From contig OZ024765.1 in assembly GCA_964016885.1 (NCBI GenBank), positions 5,580,001 through 5,644,000 of the forward strand: a DNA stretch of 64,000 bases, read 5' to 3'. Positions 29,277-42,820 of this stretch are shown here, piece after piece. The DNA comes from Eledone cirrhosa. Taxonomy: Eukaryota. Position 1 is the stretch's first letter. The number at the start of each line of letters is the position of its first letter. The notes beneath the pieces were generated by a model. The model was given only the letters and a program-made list of their open reading frames with translations, was not told the origin of the DNA and made no database searches. Made by a program: the position numbers and the translations under genes.

Positions 29277-29809
29277 TATATTTATTAAAATAACAGATTA
29301 AAGTTTAAGCAAAGAATCACTGCTTTCACCCTTAACGGGATCTTCTGAAACTAAAAAAGTCAGTCTGTGAACACAGAAGTAAATATTTCGAAAAACGTTG
29401 CAACCGAAGGAAAACATATATATATATATATATATATAATCAAGGTTTAGCAAATAAGAAAAAGTTTCAAAATAAATTTTAAAAAATTAACTTTACTCAC
29501 TATGGTTACTTTTATCGAATCGGTTTCGACTCTCAAAATAAATAGACAGTCCTTACGGCATCCATTGCAAAGATAAACTCTCGGCAGAAGGATCTTTTCA
29601 CTTGGAGAATATAAAATTCCCGAGTTCAAATTACAAACTGGCGCTATTCAAAATTGTTCCCGAGATGAGAATAAATGATGTGGAAGCAATTCCGTCCAGT
29701 GCCGTGTGTAAAGATAGAAGCAAAGGCAGGGAGGTCATATATATATATCATCATTAGTGATGATGATGATGATATATATACATATATAGATATACGTGCA
29801 TATATATAT

Positions 29810-30280
29810 ATCATCATCATCATCATCATCATCACCGTTTTACGTCCAATCTTCCACGCTAGCATGGGTTAGACGGGTTGTCCTGTTGTGGGCAGTATCC
29901 GGTCGGCTGACCATGCCTTGCTCATACAGGAACTGATCTGGCTTGATTTCTACAGCTGGATGTCCTTCCTAACACCAACCTCATTTACAGTGAGTGCTGG
30001 GTGCTTTTTTTCCATGGCGCCTACACGTCCACTTTACAGTGTGGGCTGGGTGCTTTTTACCGTGGCGCCTCCACAACCCCTTTGCAGTGTGGGCTGGGTG
30101 CTTTTTTGCCGTGGCACCTCCACGACCACTTTGCAGTGGGAGGGTGTGGGGACATATTGTCTATATGCTTCAGCTTTGGCTTGTTCTTGTGGGGGGGTCT
30201 TCTGTATTACTGCGTGACGCCAGAGATCACGGTCGTGTGTTATTGCTCTTGAGAGGTGCAATTGGGTAAGGTCGGCCTTA
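29810..30280 (-). mobile_element. short 3' copy of the RTE family at 23457
   Basis: ADLTQLHLSRAITHDRDLWRHAV plus the same 3' UTR; further copies at 33116-33478(+) and 36800-37272(+). Confidence 0.8.
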
Positions 30281-30777
30281 CCATTTCTATGTTCCACCAT
30301 CTCATGGACTATACCATCTACCATTTCTATGTCCCACCATCTCATGGACTATACCATCTACCATTTCTATGTTCCACCATCTCATGGACTATACCATCTA
30401 CCATTTCTATGTTCCACCATCTCATGGACTATACCATCTACCATTTCTATGTTCCACCATCTCATGGACTATACCATCTACCATTTCTATGTCCCACCTT
30501 CTCATGGACTATACCATCTACCATTTCTATGTCCCACCTTCTCATGGACTATACCATCTACCATTTCTATGTCCCACCTTCTCATGGACTATACCATCTA
30601 CCATTTCTATGTCCCACCATCTCATGGACTATACCATCTACCATTTCTATGTCCCACCTTCTCATGGACTATACCATCTACCATTTCTATGTCCCACCAT
30701 CTCATGGACTATACCATCTACCATTTCTATGTTCCACCATCTCATGGACTATACCATCTACCATTTCTATGTTCCAG
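30279..30777. repeat. 40-bp minisatellite, about 12.5 copies, ending at a SUPT3H splice acceptor
   Basis: unit ccatttctatgttccaccatctcatggactataccatcta. Confidence 0.97.
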
Positions 30778-30839
30778 GAGAGCTGTTAATGTTGTTTGAA
30801 GATGATTCTATGGATGAAGTGAAACAAGACAGACTTGTG
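30778..30839 (+). CDS. SUPT3H: SUPT3H/Spt3 internal coding exon (first found in window; phase 1 start)
   Basis: ttccAG|GA GAG CTG...GTG|GTAAGT; encodes (G)ELLMLFEDDSMDEVKQDRLV, matching recalled human SUPT3H [21 protein letters not shown]. Confidence 0.92.
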
Positions 30840-30857
30840 GTAAGTTGAACAGTTTAA

Positions 30858-31067
30858 CCCTTTAGCATTTAAACCGGCCGTATCCGGCCAGAAATGTCTC
30901 ACCTCTTTCTGTTCAAACTAGTTGAAACTGGCTGCTTATACTGATGTTAAGGTATTGTTCTCAAAATAAATAATATCAAAATCTCATAGGTTCGATATTA
31001 TGTGAGGTAAAGTGTTTACTACAAAAATACAATAGTATATATAGAAAGTAATGTGAAAGTTAAAGGG
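30858..31067. mobile_element. piggyBac-type MITE
   Basis: TTAA|CCCTTTAGCATT...GTTAAAGGG|TTAA; reverse orientation of 44960-45290. Confidence 0.8.
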
Positions 31068-31540
31068 TTAATGAGCCAAGGTGGATATAGACTATGTTGT
31101 TGTTGGTGTTGGTGTTGGTGGTGGTGGTTGTGGTGGTGTTGGTGTTGGTGTTCTTGGTGGTGGTGACCACTTTACAGTGGAATGAGAGGGCCCCCAGTCC
31201 CTATCATCTCATTTCTACAGCTGAGTAAACTGGAGCAATGTGAAATAAAGTGTCTTGCTCAAGGACACAACACATATATATATATGTAAATAGGGAGAAA
31301 AAGACGATTATTAGGAAGAAAAATATTTTTTTTTCCCTTTATTTTTTTCTCTTTTTTCTGGGTTAGAAAATGATTAAAACGAAATATTTTACTTTGTGTG
31401 AAGTGTTAAGGTATTAGTTAATTTATTTATTAATTAACAATGGCATTTATTTATTTATTTATTTATTTATATATTTAATAATTGTCTATGATAGATTCTG
31501 TTTCACACTGTTAGTGTTTCTCAGAGCAACGTACTCCCCG

Positions 31541-31585
31541 ATATATATATGTGTGTGTGTGCGTGTGTGTGTGTGTATCACTGTC

Positions 31586-31623
<38 letters not shown>

Positions 31624-31649
31624 CGCGTGTGTGTGTGTGTATCACTGTC

Positions 31650-31680
<31 letters not shown>

Positions 31681-31689
31681 ATCACTGTC

Positions 31690-31720
<31 letters not shown>

Positions 31721-31729
31721 ATCACTGTC

Positions 31730-31762
<33 letters not shown>

Positions 31763-31771
31763 ATCACTGTC

Positions 31772-31802
<31 letters not shown>

Positions 31803-31811
31803 ATCACTGTC

Positions 31812-31842
<31 letters not shown>

Positions 31843-31851
31843 ATCACTGTC

Positions 31852-31890
<39 letters not shown>

Positions 31891-31981
31891 ATCACTATAT
31901 ATATATATATATGTGTGTGTGTGTATCACTGTCTATATATATATATATATATATGTGCGTGTGTGTGTGTGTATCACTGTC

Positions 31982-32012
<31 letters not shown>

Positions 32013-32017
32013 ATCAC

Positions 32018-32064
<47 letters not shown>

Positions 32065-32073
32065 ATCACTGTC

Positions 32074-32106
<33 letters not shown>

Positions 32107-32115
32107 ATCACTGTC

Positions 32116-32146
<31 letters not shown>

Positions 32147-32155
32147 ATCACTGTC

Positions 32156-32194
<39 letters not shown>

Positions 32195-32325
32195 ATCACT
32201 ATATATATATATATATGTGTGTGTGTGTATCACTGTCTATATATATATATATATATATGTGCGTGTGTGTGTGTGTGTATCACTGTCTATATATATATAT
32301 ATATGTGTGTGTGTGTATCACTGTC

Positions 32326-32358
<33 letters not shown>

Positions 32359-32367
32359 ATCACTGTC

Positions 32368-32400
<33 letters not shown>

Positions 32401-32439
32401 ATCACTATATATATATATGTGTGTGTGTGTATCACTGTC

Positions 32440-32470
<31 letters not shown>

Positions 32471-32509
32471 ATCACTATATATATATATGTGTGTGTGTGT
32501 ATCACTGTC

Positions 32510-32540
<31 letters not shown>

Positions 32541-32545
32541 ATCAC

Positions 32546-32592
<47 letters not shown>

Positions 32593-32601
32593 ATCACTGT
32601 C

Positions 32602-32632
<31 letters not shown>

Positions 32633-32637
32633 ATCAC

Positions 32638-32698
<61 letters not shown>

Positions 32699-32750
32699 AT
32701 GTGTGTGTGTGTATCACTGTCTATATATATGTGTGTGTGTGTGTGTGTGT
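31541..32750. repeat. compound satellite atcactgtct(at)n(gt)n
   Basis: direct inspection; related tract at 33600-33860. Confidence 0.93.
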
Positions 32751-32840
32751 TACAGATTCCGCTTATGTAGATTTAGCTGAGCTCCAGAAAAGTTTTATCT
32801 CATGGGTGTGTTCTTGAAAGTTTTAATGATAGGGGCTCCC

Positions 32841-32873
<33 letters not shown>

Positions 32874-33026
32874 TAGTTGTGGTGGTGGTAGTGGTGGTGG
32901 TAGTGGCAATTTGTTGTTAAAAGAGTTAAATGTTTAATTCCAGCAATGTTTCTTTTGTGAGAAACTTCAAGTTCATGTCCTTTGTTACCTGCTTATTGCT
33001 GGTCATTGACACTGGACAATGTAAAA

Positions 33027-33061
<35 letters not shown>

Positions 33062-33857
33062 CGTGTGTGTGTGTATATATATATAAGTGTGTGTGTGTAT
33101 ATATATATATATATACGACTGTGACTTCTGGCGTCACGCAGTAATACAGAGTACCCGACCTCCCATGGGTACAAGCTGAAGCATATAGACAATATGCCCC
33201 CACACCCCCCACCGCAAGGTGGTCGTGGAGGTGCCACGGCAGAAAAGCACCCAGCCCACACTGTAAAGTGGACGTGTAGGCGCCACGAAAAAGCACCCAG
33301 CACTCACTGTAAATGAGGTTGGTGTTAGGAAGGGCATCCAGCTGTAGAAATCAAGCCAGATCAGTTCCTGTATGAGCAAGGCAAGGTCAGCCGACCAGAC
33401 ACTGCCCACAACAGGACAACCCGTCTAACCCATGCTAGCATGGAAGAACGGACGTAAACCGGTGATGATGATGATGATACATGTGTGTGTGTGTATATAT
33501 ATATACGTATGTGTGTGTGTGCGCGCACTTGTGTTACGTGTGTGAGCACATTCAAACACCCACATGGAAAGACAAACATAAAATGTGGTGATGATGATGA
33601 TATATATATGTGTGTGTGTTTGTGTGTATCGCTCTCTCTCTCTATATATATATATATGTGTGTGTGTGTGTTTGTGTGTATCACTGTCTCTCTCTCTATA
33701 TATATATGTGTGTGTGTGTTTGTGTGTATCGCTCTCTCTCTCTATATATATATGTGTGTGTGTGTGTGTTTGTGTGTATCACTCTCTCTATATATATATA
33801 TGTGTGTGTGTATCACTGTCTATATATATATATATGTGTGTGTGTGTGTTTGTGTGT

Positions 33858-33899
<42 letters not shown>

Positions 33900-33929
33900 G
33901 TTTAACGTCTATCTTCCACACTAGCATGG

Positions 33930-33997
<68 letters not shown>

Positions 33998-34877
33998 CCC
34001 ATAGATAGGTGTGTATAATTTAGTTGTTTCTACTTTTGGCACAAGGCCAGCAATACCCAGTACATTACTGGTACTTTATTTTATCGAGCCCCCCCCCCCC
34101 CCCCCCCCTCCTCCCCTCGTAAGGGATGAAAGGCAAAGTTAACCTCGACGGGATTTGAACTCAGACCATAAAGGGACGAAACTATGCTGGAAAGCATGGC
34201 GTGTATAATTTAGTAAGTGTTTATCATCATCATCAACGTTTAACGTCCGTGTTCCACGCTTGCATGGGTTTGGACGGGGGTAGTCCCACTTGAGGCAAGA
34301 GTGATTGTCTTGCTCGCATAGGACTGTCTGGCAGGTTTTCTACAGTTGGATGCCCTTCCTAACACCAACCACGTTTACAGTGTGGGTCTGGGAGGTTTTT
34401 ACCGTGTTGCCTACACGGCCACATTACAGCGTGGACTGTGTGTTTTATTGTCGGTGACACCTACACGATCTCATTTGTTTCGGCCTGGATGTTGTGGCAC
34501 CAACATAACTTTACATAGAAGGGGGCGGTGTGGATGGGGTTGGGGTGGTGGGACGGGGGTGTATTTTGTTAGAGATGCCTACTGACTGTAGTAGGTTTTA
34601 CTATGTATTTAGGTAATGCGGGTCTTCTCTATTACTGAGTACCGCCAATACATATGAAATTGTTTGTTGAAGCTGGTCACCTTCTTTATCTACCAACCAA
34701 TCTGTCGCTATGTCTATCCATCCACACGTAAACTCTTAACTCTTTCTTTTTTCATATTTCTAATGAAAGACATTGCCTATAATTTTTGAATGATTTCAAA
34801 AATCATGAAGAATTATGTTGGTGTCTGGAACATAACTTAACAAAGGTTCTTACATAATGTTTATGATGGAAGGGTTT

Positions 34878-34925
<48 letters not shown>

Positions 34926-35359
34926 AAAATGTTTGACCCTGACTGCAGAGCTGAAGCTGTTTCGACGGCTATTTCTGTACAGAAATAGCCGTCGAAACGG
35001 CTTGAGATCTGCCGTCAGGGTCAAACATTTTCCTATTACCCACTCTACTACCCTAAGTATTGAGTACTCTCGTGCGTTATGGTCCATCTGGTTCCTTACC
35101 ACACTTCCTTCATTATATATATATTAGAAAGTGAGGTTTTTTTTACAAATTGAAAAATAACCGAGGTGTCCTACACGAGTGGAAGTATAAAGAAAAAAGA
35201 TGAAATCGAAAATGCAACTGGAGTCTTATTTTTTTTTAAATATATATATTTATTTGGTTCCTTTACTGGTTTCACGGTTCTTCTGCTTTTCAAAAGTAGA
35301 GTTGAGATGGAGGGTCTGTGGTTTTTCTCACAGGTGTGAGGGTATGTCAGTCATCAACT

Positions 35360-35427
35360 TATTTTATCTGATGAGGACGTACTGTTGAAATAGCTCAGTA
35401 TATCTCTGAAATATGTATAATAAAATA
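35360..35427 (+). ncRNA. type I hammerhead ribozyme motif
   Basis: tattttat-CTGATGA-ggacgtactg...cagtatatctct-GAAA-T(ATGT)A-TA^ataaaata. Confidence 0.77.
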
Positions 35428-35468
35428 TATTTGATCACATGAATGTCTATATTTATTAATATTTTGAA

Positions 35469-35515
<47 letters not shown>

Positions 35516-35662
35516 TATTTTCCGTTGTGTTGTAATATAAATATTACACACAGTAGATTATCAGCTCACGTAGAGTTTGCTCGACGGTTCCAGTTGTAGT
35601 TCCAAAAGTAATCCGGAGAAAAATAGAAAGATTTGAATGGATACAGTTTAGTTGAAAGGAAT

Positions 35663-35783
35663 TTATTGACACGTGTTTCTATAACAGTTACATAACCTGA
35701 AAAGAGCTGCTATCTACAAAGTATTAGTTATGCAGACATTCAATATTTCAATGTTATTATTTACTGTCATTTCATCAGAATAA
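35663..35783 (-). ncRNA. type I hammerhead motif with long helix II insert
   Basis: minus strand: ttatt-CTGATGA-aatgacagt...(about 90 nt)...actgttata-GAAA-C(ACGT)G-TC^aataa; canonical GUC site, palindromic CACGTG. Confidence 0.7.
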
Positions 35784-36333
35784 TATTACTGAGGACCTAT
35801 TTAGTTTTTATAGAGAATATTAGGAGGGAGGGGTGAAGTTGTTAGAAGAATAGTTGAAGGAGTGGTTTTTCGATAGCAGTGAGAATTCTTGGTGGCAGTG
35901 AGTAATTAGATTCCCATCTGTTGTTTTGACATTTTTTATAGAATATATTATTGGTTATTTTTTTAAATCTATAGAAGGATTAGAGATAGTAAAGATATGC
36001 GTGGTTGGTTTTGTGTTTGCACTTAATTAACATTCAGACTTAAATTTTTCTTTCAAGTGCACGTATCCTTTCACCCACGCATTCACACAAATATATTTGC
36101 ACACCTCTACAAAATACATATACTCACAATTCACATATTCATACTTACATACATATACACATGCATACACATATATATACACACATGTATTCATGTACAT
36201 ACATACGCGCTCATGTGTATACATTTTCATACTCAACTTATCTTTATATACACACGTATAGACACACACATATATACATACATACTCTAGTCCATGTGTA
36301 CACACATACACATACATACACATCTATATACAC

Positions 36334-36426
<93 letters not shown>

Positions 36427-36750
36427 CAATTTAATACATGAATACACTTACATCTAACTATACACATCAAACATATTACTCTTTTACCTGTTTCAGCCAT
36501 CCGGCTGAGGCCATGCTGGGGCACCGTAAATATATATATATATATATATATTTACTTATTTATATACATTTTCACATATATATACATACTTATGGACGTT
36601 TTTAGACACATTCATTATCGCATATTTGCACCTATTCTCATCAGCATATCTTTCCATTATTAGTGTGGTAATTTAAGGTTATTAATATATGTTGAGAAGA
36701 GATTGTTTTTATATTTTTCTAACTAGATTAAGGTTTATATAGTTAAGGTT

Positions 36751-36783
<33 letters not shown>

Positions 36784-37291
36784 TATGTATATGCACAAGA
36801 CACAAGACCATGATCTCTGGCGTCATGCAGTAATACAGAAGACCTGACTTCCCACGGGAACAAGCTGACACTGAAGCATATAGACAATATGCCTCCCCAC
36901 TTCCCCCACTGTAAAGTGGACATGTAGACGCCATGGCAAAAAAGCACCCAGCACTCACTGTAAAGTGGACGTGTAGGTGCCACGGCAAAAAAGCACCCAG
37001 CACTCACTGTAAAGTGATAGTGTAGGTGCCATGGCAAAAAAGCACCCAGCACTCACTGTAAAGTGGACGTGTAGGTGCCACGGCAAAAAAGCACCCAGCA
37101 CTCACTGTAAATGAGGTTGGTGTTAGGAAGGGCATCCAGCTGTAGAAATCAAGCCAGAATCAGAGCCCGTATGAGTAAGACAAGGTCAGCCGACCGGGCA
37201 CTGCCCACAACAGGACAACCTGTCTAACCCATGCTAGCGTGGAAGAACGGACTTAAAACGGTGATGATGATTGTATATATATATATCTCTC

Positions 37292-37359
<68 letters not shown>

Positions 37360-38828
37360 GTGAGAAAGAGACATATGTGAGTACGAAAAAATGGATGTTA
37401 AATGATGATGATGATGTCAATGGTGGCAGTGTTTGTGGTGGTGGTGGTGATGATGGTGGCAGTGTTTGTGTGGTGGTGGTGATGGTGGCAGTGTTTGTGT
37501 GGTGGTGGTGATGGTGGCAGTGTTTGTGTGGTGGTGGCGGCAGTGTTTGTGTGATGGTGGCAGTGTTTGTGGTGGTGGTGGCAGTGTTTGTGTGGTGGTA
37601 GTGGTGGTGGCAGTGTTTGTGGTGGTGGTGGTGGTGGTGGTGGTGGTGATGGTGGTGGTGGTGATGGTGATGATGATGATGATGGTGGTGGTGGTGATGA
37701 TGGTGGTGGTGGTGATGATGGTGGTGGTGGTGATGGTGGTGGTGGTGGTGGTGGTGGTCAATAGTGTGTACTGTATATTTAGTATATTTACTCTTACATC
37801 ATATTTTCATCAACTTGGACTTCAGTCAACTTTGGATGTGTTGTGTACACAGTAGCAGATTGTGTACACAGTAGCAGATTGTATACACTATTAAACCAAG
37901 GATCATTTCCTCTAAAAAAAATGGTAAACAACCTCATTAGGCCATTGACATATGTCTTTATGATGGTCAGCTGTAAATTCATAGGCTGACCATCATACTT
38001 TCATAGAACAACCATGAACTTTTCAGCTGACCATCATATATCATCATCATTATCATCATCATTTTACGTCTATTTTTCCCTGCTTGCAAGGGTGGGACGG
38101 GTCTTATTCAGCACAGCATCTCTCCACTTGTCACGGTCCTTCGTCATCTCCTCCGTGAGCTTCAGCGATCTGAGGTCTGCTCTCACCACCTCCACCCTTG
38201 TTTTTCGTGGTCTACCTCTACCACGTCTTCCAGATATATATATATATATATATATATGTTTTTTTTGTTTTTTTTAGGAATGAGACTCCTAGTCTTCATT
38301 AAGACATCTCTCTAGGAGAAGGTCACTCAGATATAAAACCTGTGACTTCATTTGCATCCAATGATGTAGACCAATCCTTCTTTTTGGGTAAATGCATTCG
38401 ATGTTCAGAGAATGGAATTGGCCCCATGAAAAGCCTTTCCTCACTTTAAAAAATCTTCAAGTTTGATATGTGACATTTTTCGCGATGCATGGTTTTACTG
38501 GTCGTGTAGGTGTCACAACAAAAAGCACACAGCCCACACTGTAAAGTGGATGTGTAGGCGCCATGGAAAAAAATCACCCAGTAAATGAGGTTGGCGTTAG
38601 GAAGGGCATCCAGCTGTAAAAACCAAGCCAGAATCAGTCTTGTATGAGCAAGACATGGTCACTTGACCTAGCATTTCCCACAACAGGACAACCCGTCTAA
38701 CCCATGCTAGTGTGGAAAATGGGCATAAGGTGGAGGTGATGATGATATACGTATATCATTATCATGATATATATGTGTACATATATGTATATGTGTGTAT
38801 GATATGTTGGTACCACAAATATCCATCT

Positions 38829-39280
38829 AGCCCACACTGTAAAGTGGTTGTGTAAAAGACACGGTAAAAAGCACCCAGCACACACTGTAAAGTGGTTGTG
38901 TAAAAGACACGGTAAAAAGCACCCAGCACACACTGTAAAGTGGTTGTGTAAAAGACACGGTAAAAAGCAGCCAGCACACACTGTAAAGTGGTTGTGTAAA
39001 AGACACGGTAAAAAGCAGCCAGCACACACTGTAAAGTGGTTGTGTAAAAGACACGGTAAAAAGCACCCAGCACACACTGTAAAGTGGTTGTGTAAAAGAC
39101 ACGGTAAAAAGCACCCAGCACACACTGTAAAGTGGTTGTGTAAAAGACACGGTAAAAAGCACCCAGCACACACTGTAAAGTGGTTGTGTAAAAGACACGG
39201 TAAAAAGCACCCAGCACACACTGTAAAGTGGATGTGTAAAAGACGCGGTAAAAAGCAGCCAGCACACACTGTAAATGTGG
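38829..39280. repeat. 48-bp minisatellite from the SINE internal module
   Basis: unit cacactgtaaagtggttgtgtaaaagacacggtaaaaagcacccagca, about 9 copies. Confidence 0.93.
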
Positions 39281-39719
39281 TTGGAGCTAGGAAGGGCATC
39301 TGAACCATGCATAAAGAACTGAAATGTAACAACCCAGTGTCATTGTTTTCTATATTTTTAACATTTACTGTCAAATTCCCATTGTGGTTGCTTTGAAACA
39401 AAACACTATTTATTGTTCAGTTTTACCTTGTGTAAATATAATTTAGTCTCCCATATTAACTTTTAACACCCTGTAATGATTTAGCAGAACATATCTAAAA
39501 ACAGGTTTGTTAATTAAAACGACTAGTGAACAATTGTTGTGAAAATTTGCAGTAATAGAGTAAATATTTGAATGTTTAATGTGATGCAGTCCTAGTGTTG
39601 TTTTATACTTTTCTGGAATGTCTGACTAATGTGGTTTCATGTGGTTTGTTGATTTAAATGTTTGCAGTATCTTTACTTGTGGACAGATTTGTGTGAAAAT
39701 TTGCAGTAACAGAGTAAAC

Positions 39720-40799
39720 TCCACTATTCACTATTATGGCACCAGAAATGACTGCACAAGCTGGAGTGGCCTTAACTGACTTCTGTTCTAGCAATGGACT
39801 CTCTATTATTAACACCTTCTTCCAGTACACAGACATCCATAAATATACATGGATTAAGAGGAATCAGGAACAGAAATCAACAACTGATTTCGTTATTGTC
39901 TCTGATCTCTTTGATTTTGTTTATGTTAGGAGAAGGGCTGAGCTATCAACTGATCTAGTTATCTGCAACTTGAGACTACCTAAAGCCAAAGAAGCCCACA
40001 AGATTGACAGGTCCAAGTCGACCAACAGGGTAAAGTAGGAAGCGTTGGTGGATAAGGAAGTCAGGACCAGGTATGCAGATACCATTGCATCCCAATTTAT
40101 AGAACTCCCTGAGCACACCGAGGACGTTGAAACAGAGTGGAGATTGTTCAGCTCAGCAGTTTCTGCTTCAGCTGTTAAATTTAGCGAGCCAAAGAGGCTT
40201 GTTGTGACACCAGAGAGCATGAGGACTCTTTGGTTCAAACAAGAAGTCAAAGATTTCATCCGAGCAAAAAAGGAGGCCTACAAAGCTTGGCTTGGAAATA
40301 AATTCTCCTTCTTGCACATGCGATACAAGTAGGCACAAAAAATTGCAGCAGAGACAGTAAAGGCGGCCAAAGTTAAGACATGGGGGGGACTTCGGGGTTA
40401 AGCTGGAATCCGACTTTAGATCAGCAAATAAAGTGTTCTGGCAGATCATCCACCGACTTCGTAATAAGAAGTCCTCCTCCACACCTATTAGGAATGCATC
40501 TGGGGTTTTCCTCTCTTCGAAGAAGTGCATCCTTAAGAGATGGAGAGAATACTTTTCTAATCTTCTAAACCCAATCACAAGAGCATCTTCTGATGTATAT
40601 AAGGTGCATCTGGGAGCGATGACTAATCTCTCAGCGATGACTAATCACAAGAGCAATTAAAGAGCTCAAATGTAGCAAGGCCACTGGGGAAAATGAAATT
40701 CGACCCAAGATGTTAAAAGCCTTAAATAGAGAAGGTATTCTCAGGCTGACTCGTGTGTTGGGTGGCCTGGATCTCTGGAAAGGCACCTAAGCAATGGCA

Positions 40800-40830
<31 letters not shown>

Positions 40831-42122
40831 ATAATCCCATTTTTCAAAAAGAGGCAACAAGAGAGATTGCTCCAGTTATAAAGGAATCTCCTTGTTACAC
40901 CTTCCTGGTAAAGTCTATGCTAAGTGTCTGGCAAAGAGGTGCAGGGTGATTGTCAAGTCCAAGCTAACTGCTGAACTGTGGTTTTCACTCCAGATGTAGC
41001 ACAGCTGACCAAACATTCACACTGCGACAGGTCTTTGAGAAATCAGGGGAGTACTGCCAAAAGATACATTCTTACTTTGTAGACCTCAAAAAGGCATACG
41101 ACCAAATTCCACAGGACCTGCTGTAGAACGTTCTGCAGCAGTATGGGATCGATGGTCAGTTTTTGTAACTCTGATGTCTCTATAGAAATGCCCGAGTATT
41201 TGTGTTCAAATAAATGGTGCTAAATCAAAACCATTTGATGTAGGAGTCAGACTCTGCCAAGGGTGCGTACTGTCACCTCTCCTGTTCGTTATTTTCATGA
41301 ACAGGACTGACATGTTGCAGCTGAGTTGGAAGTGGTGTCATGATTGGAGGGTGTAAAGTCATTCGACTGGAATTTGCAGATAACATGGTTTTACTTAACT
41401 TGTCGGAAAGTGGTTGGTGACATGCACTTAATAGTTTAGATGCCAAGTGCTGCATGGCTGGAATAAAAACCAGTGCTGCGAAAACTGAGACACTTTTCCT
41501 CTCAAGGAAGCCTGTGTAGTGTACTCTATATGTAAATGGAGTTCAACTGAAGCAGGTGAAGTTCAAATATCTCGGAGTTGTGTTCACAAGTGATGCAAGA
41601 CAGGAGACTGAATTAAGTGCAAAAATTACAGGAGCTGGTGCAGTAATGTGCCAGCTTCAGCATTCGGTAATCAGAAGAAGGGAGGTAGGTGTAAAAGACA
41701 AACTCTCTATCTCTAATTCAGTATTTGTGCCAACCCTTACCTATGGTAATATATCTTGGGTAATGACTGAAAGAATATGATCGCGAATACAAGCGGCCGA
41801 AATGGGTTCTTCCAAGGGATCTTTGGAGTAATGTTACTGGATTGAGTGTGTAGCTCGGAGATCAGAGAGTCACTCCAAGTGGGAGCTGTTACTTCTCCGA
41901 ATTGAGAAATCAGAACTCTGATATTATGGACATGTGGTTAGAATGTCTCAGGAAAGAATCATTGGATAGATTTTACGGGCAAAACCAACTGGCAGGAGAC
42001 CTAGGGTTAAACCCTGAGCTTGACTGGTCTTGCTTGGGGAAATGGTTGCTTCTGACAGTACCAACTAGAAGGAGTGTCTGAGGACTCTGCCCACCACGAT
42101 TAAGTGGGCAAAGAAGAAGAAA
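39720..42122 (+). mobile_element. degenerate 5'-truncated RTE LINE (APE end, RT, C-terminus)
   Basis: NGLSIINTFF..HKYTW..DFVIVS, QGCVLSPLLF, FADNMVLL, KFKYLGVVF, PTLTYG; many stops and frameshifts; (GAA)n tail. Confidence 0.88.
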
Positions 42123-42304
42123 GCTTTTAATTTTTAATTTGATGCAGTCCTAATGTTGTTTGGTATGTTTCAACAATGTTTTGTTAATGTGGTCTCATGT
42201 GGTACAGAATGTTAACTTTTAACAACCTGTTATGTTGTAGCAGAAAATATCTATAAAAAAAATAGTTTGTTAGCTTAAATGTTTTGTTAATTTCATTTGT
42301 TAAT

Positions 42305-42820
42305 TCAAATGTTTATAGTATCTTTACTAGTGGACAGATTGTTGTGAAAATTTACTGTATTAAAGTAAAGACTTTAATATATAATGTGATGTAGTCATAG
42401 TGTTGTTTTGTACTAAATGTTTATAGTATCTTTACTGGTAGACAGATTGTTGTGAATATTTACAGTATTAAAGTAAAGACATTAATATTTAATGCAATAC
42501 AGTCATAGTGTTGTTTTATACTAAATGTTTATAGTATCTTTACTGGTGGACAGATTGTTGTGAAAATTTACAGAATTACAGTAAAGGCTTTAATATTTAA
42601 TGTGATGTAGTCATAGTGTTGTTTTATACTAAATGTTTATAGTATCTTTACTGGTGGACAGATTGTTGTGAAAATTTACAGAATTACAGTAAAGGCTTTA
42701 ATATTTAATGTGATGTAGTCATAGTGTTGTTTTATACTAAAGGTTTATAGTATCTTTACTAGTGGATAGATTGCTGTGCAGTATTACAGTAAATACTTTA
42801 ATATTTAATGTGATGCCGTC
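42305..42820. repeat. 108-bp tandem repeat, about 5 copies
   Basis: ctaaatgtttatagtatctttact recurs at 42413, 42521, 42629, 42737; diverged units also at 39530-39720. Confidence 0.9.

Noticed and set aside
38829-39280. CRISPR-like arrays (also 47210-47800, 30279-30777, 58915-59300)
   Set aside because: No unique spacers, no cas genes, eukaryotic context
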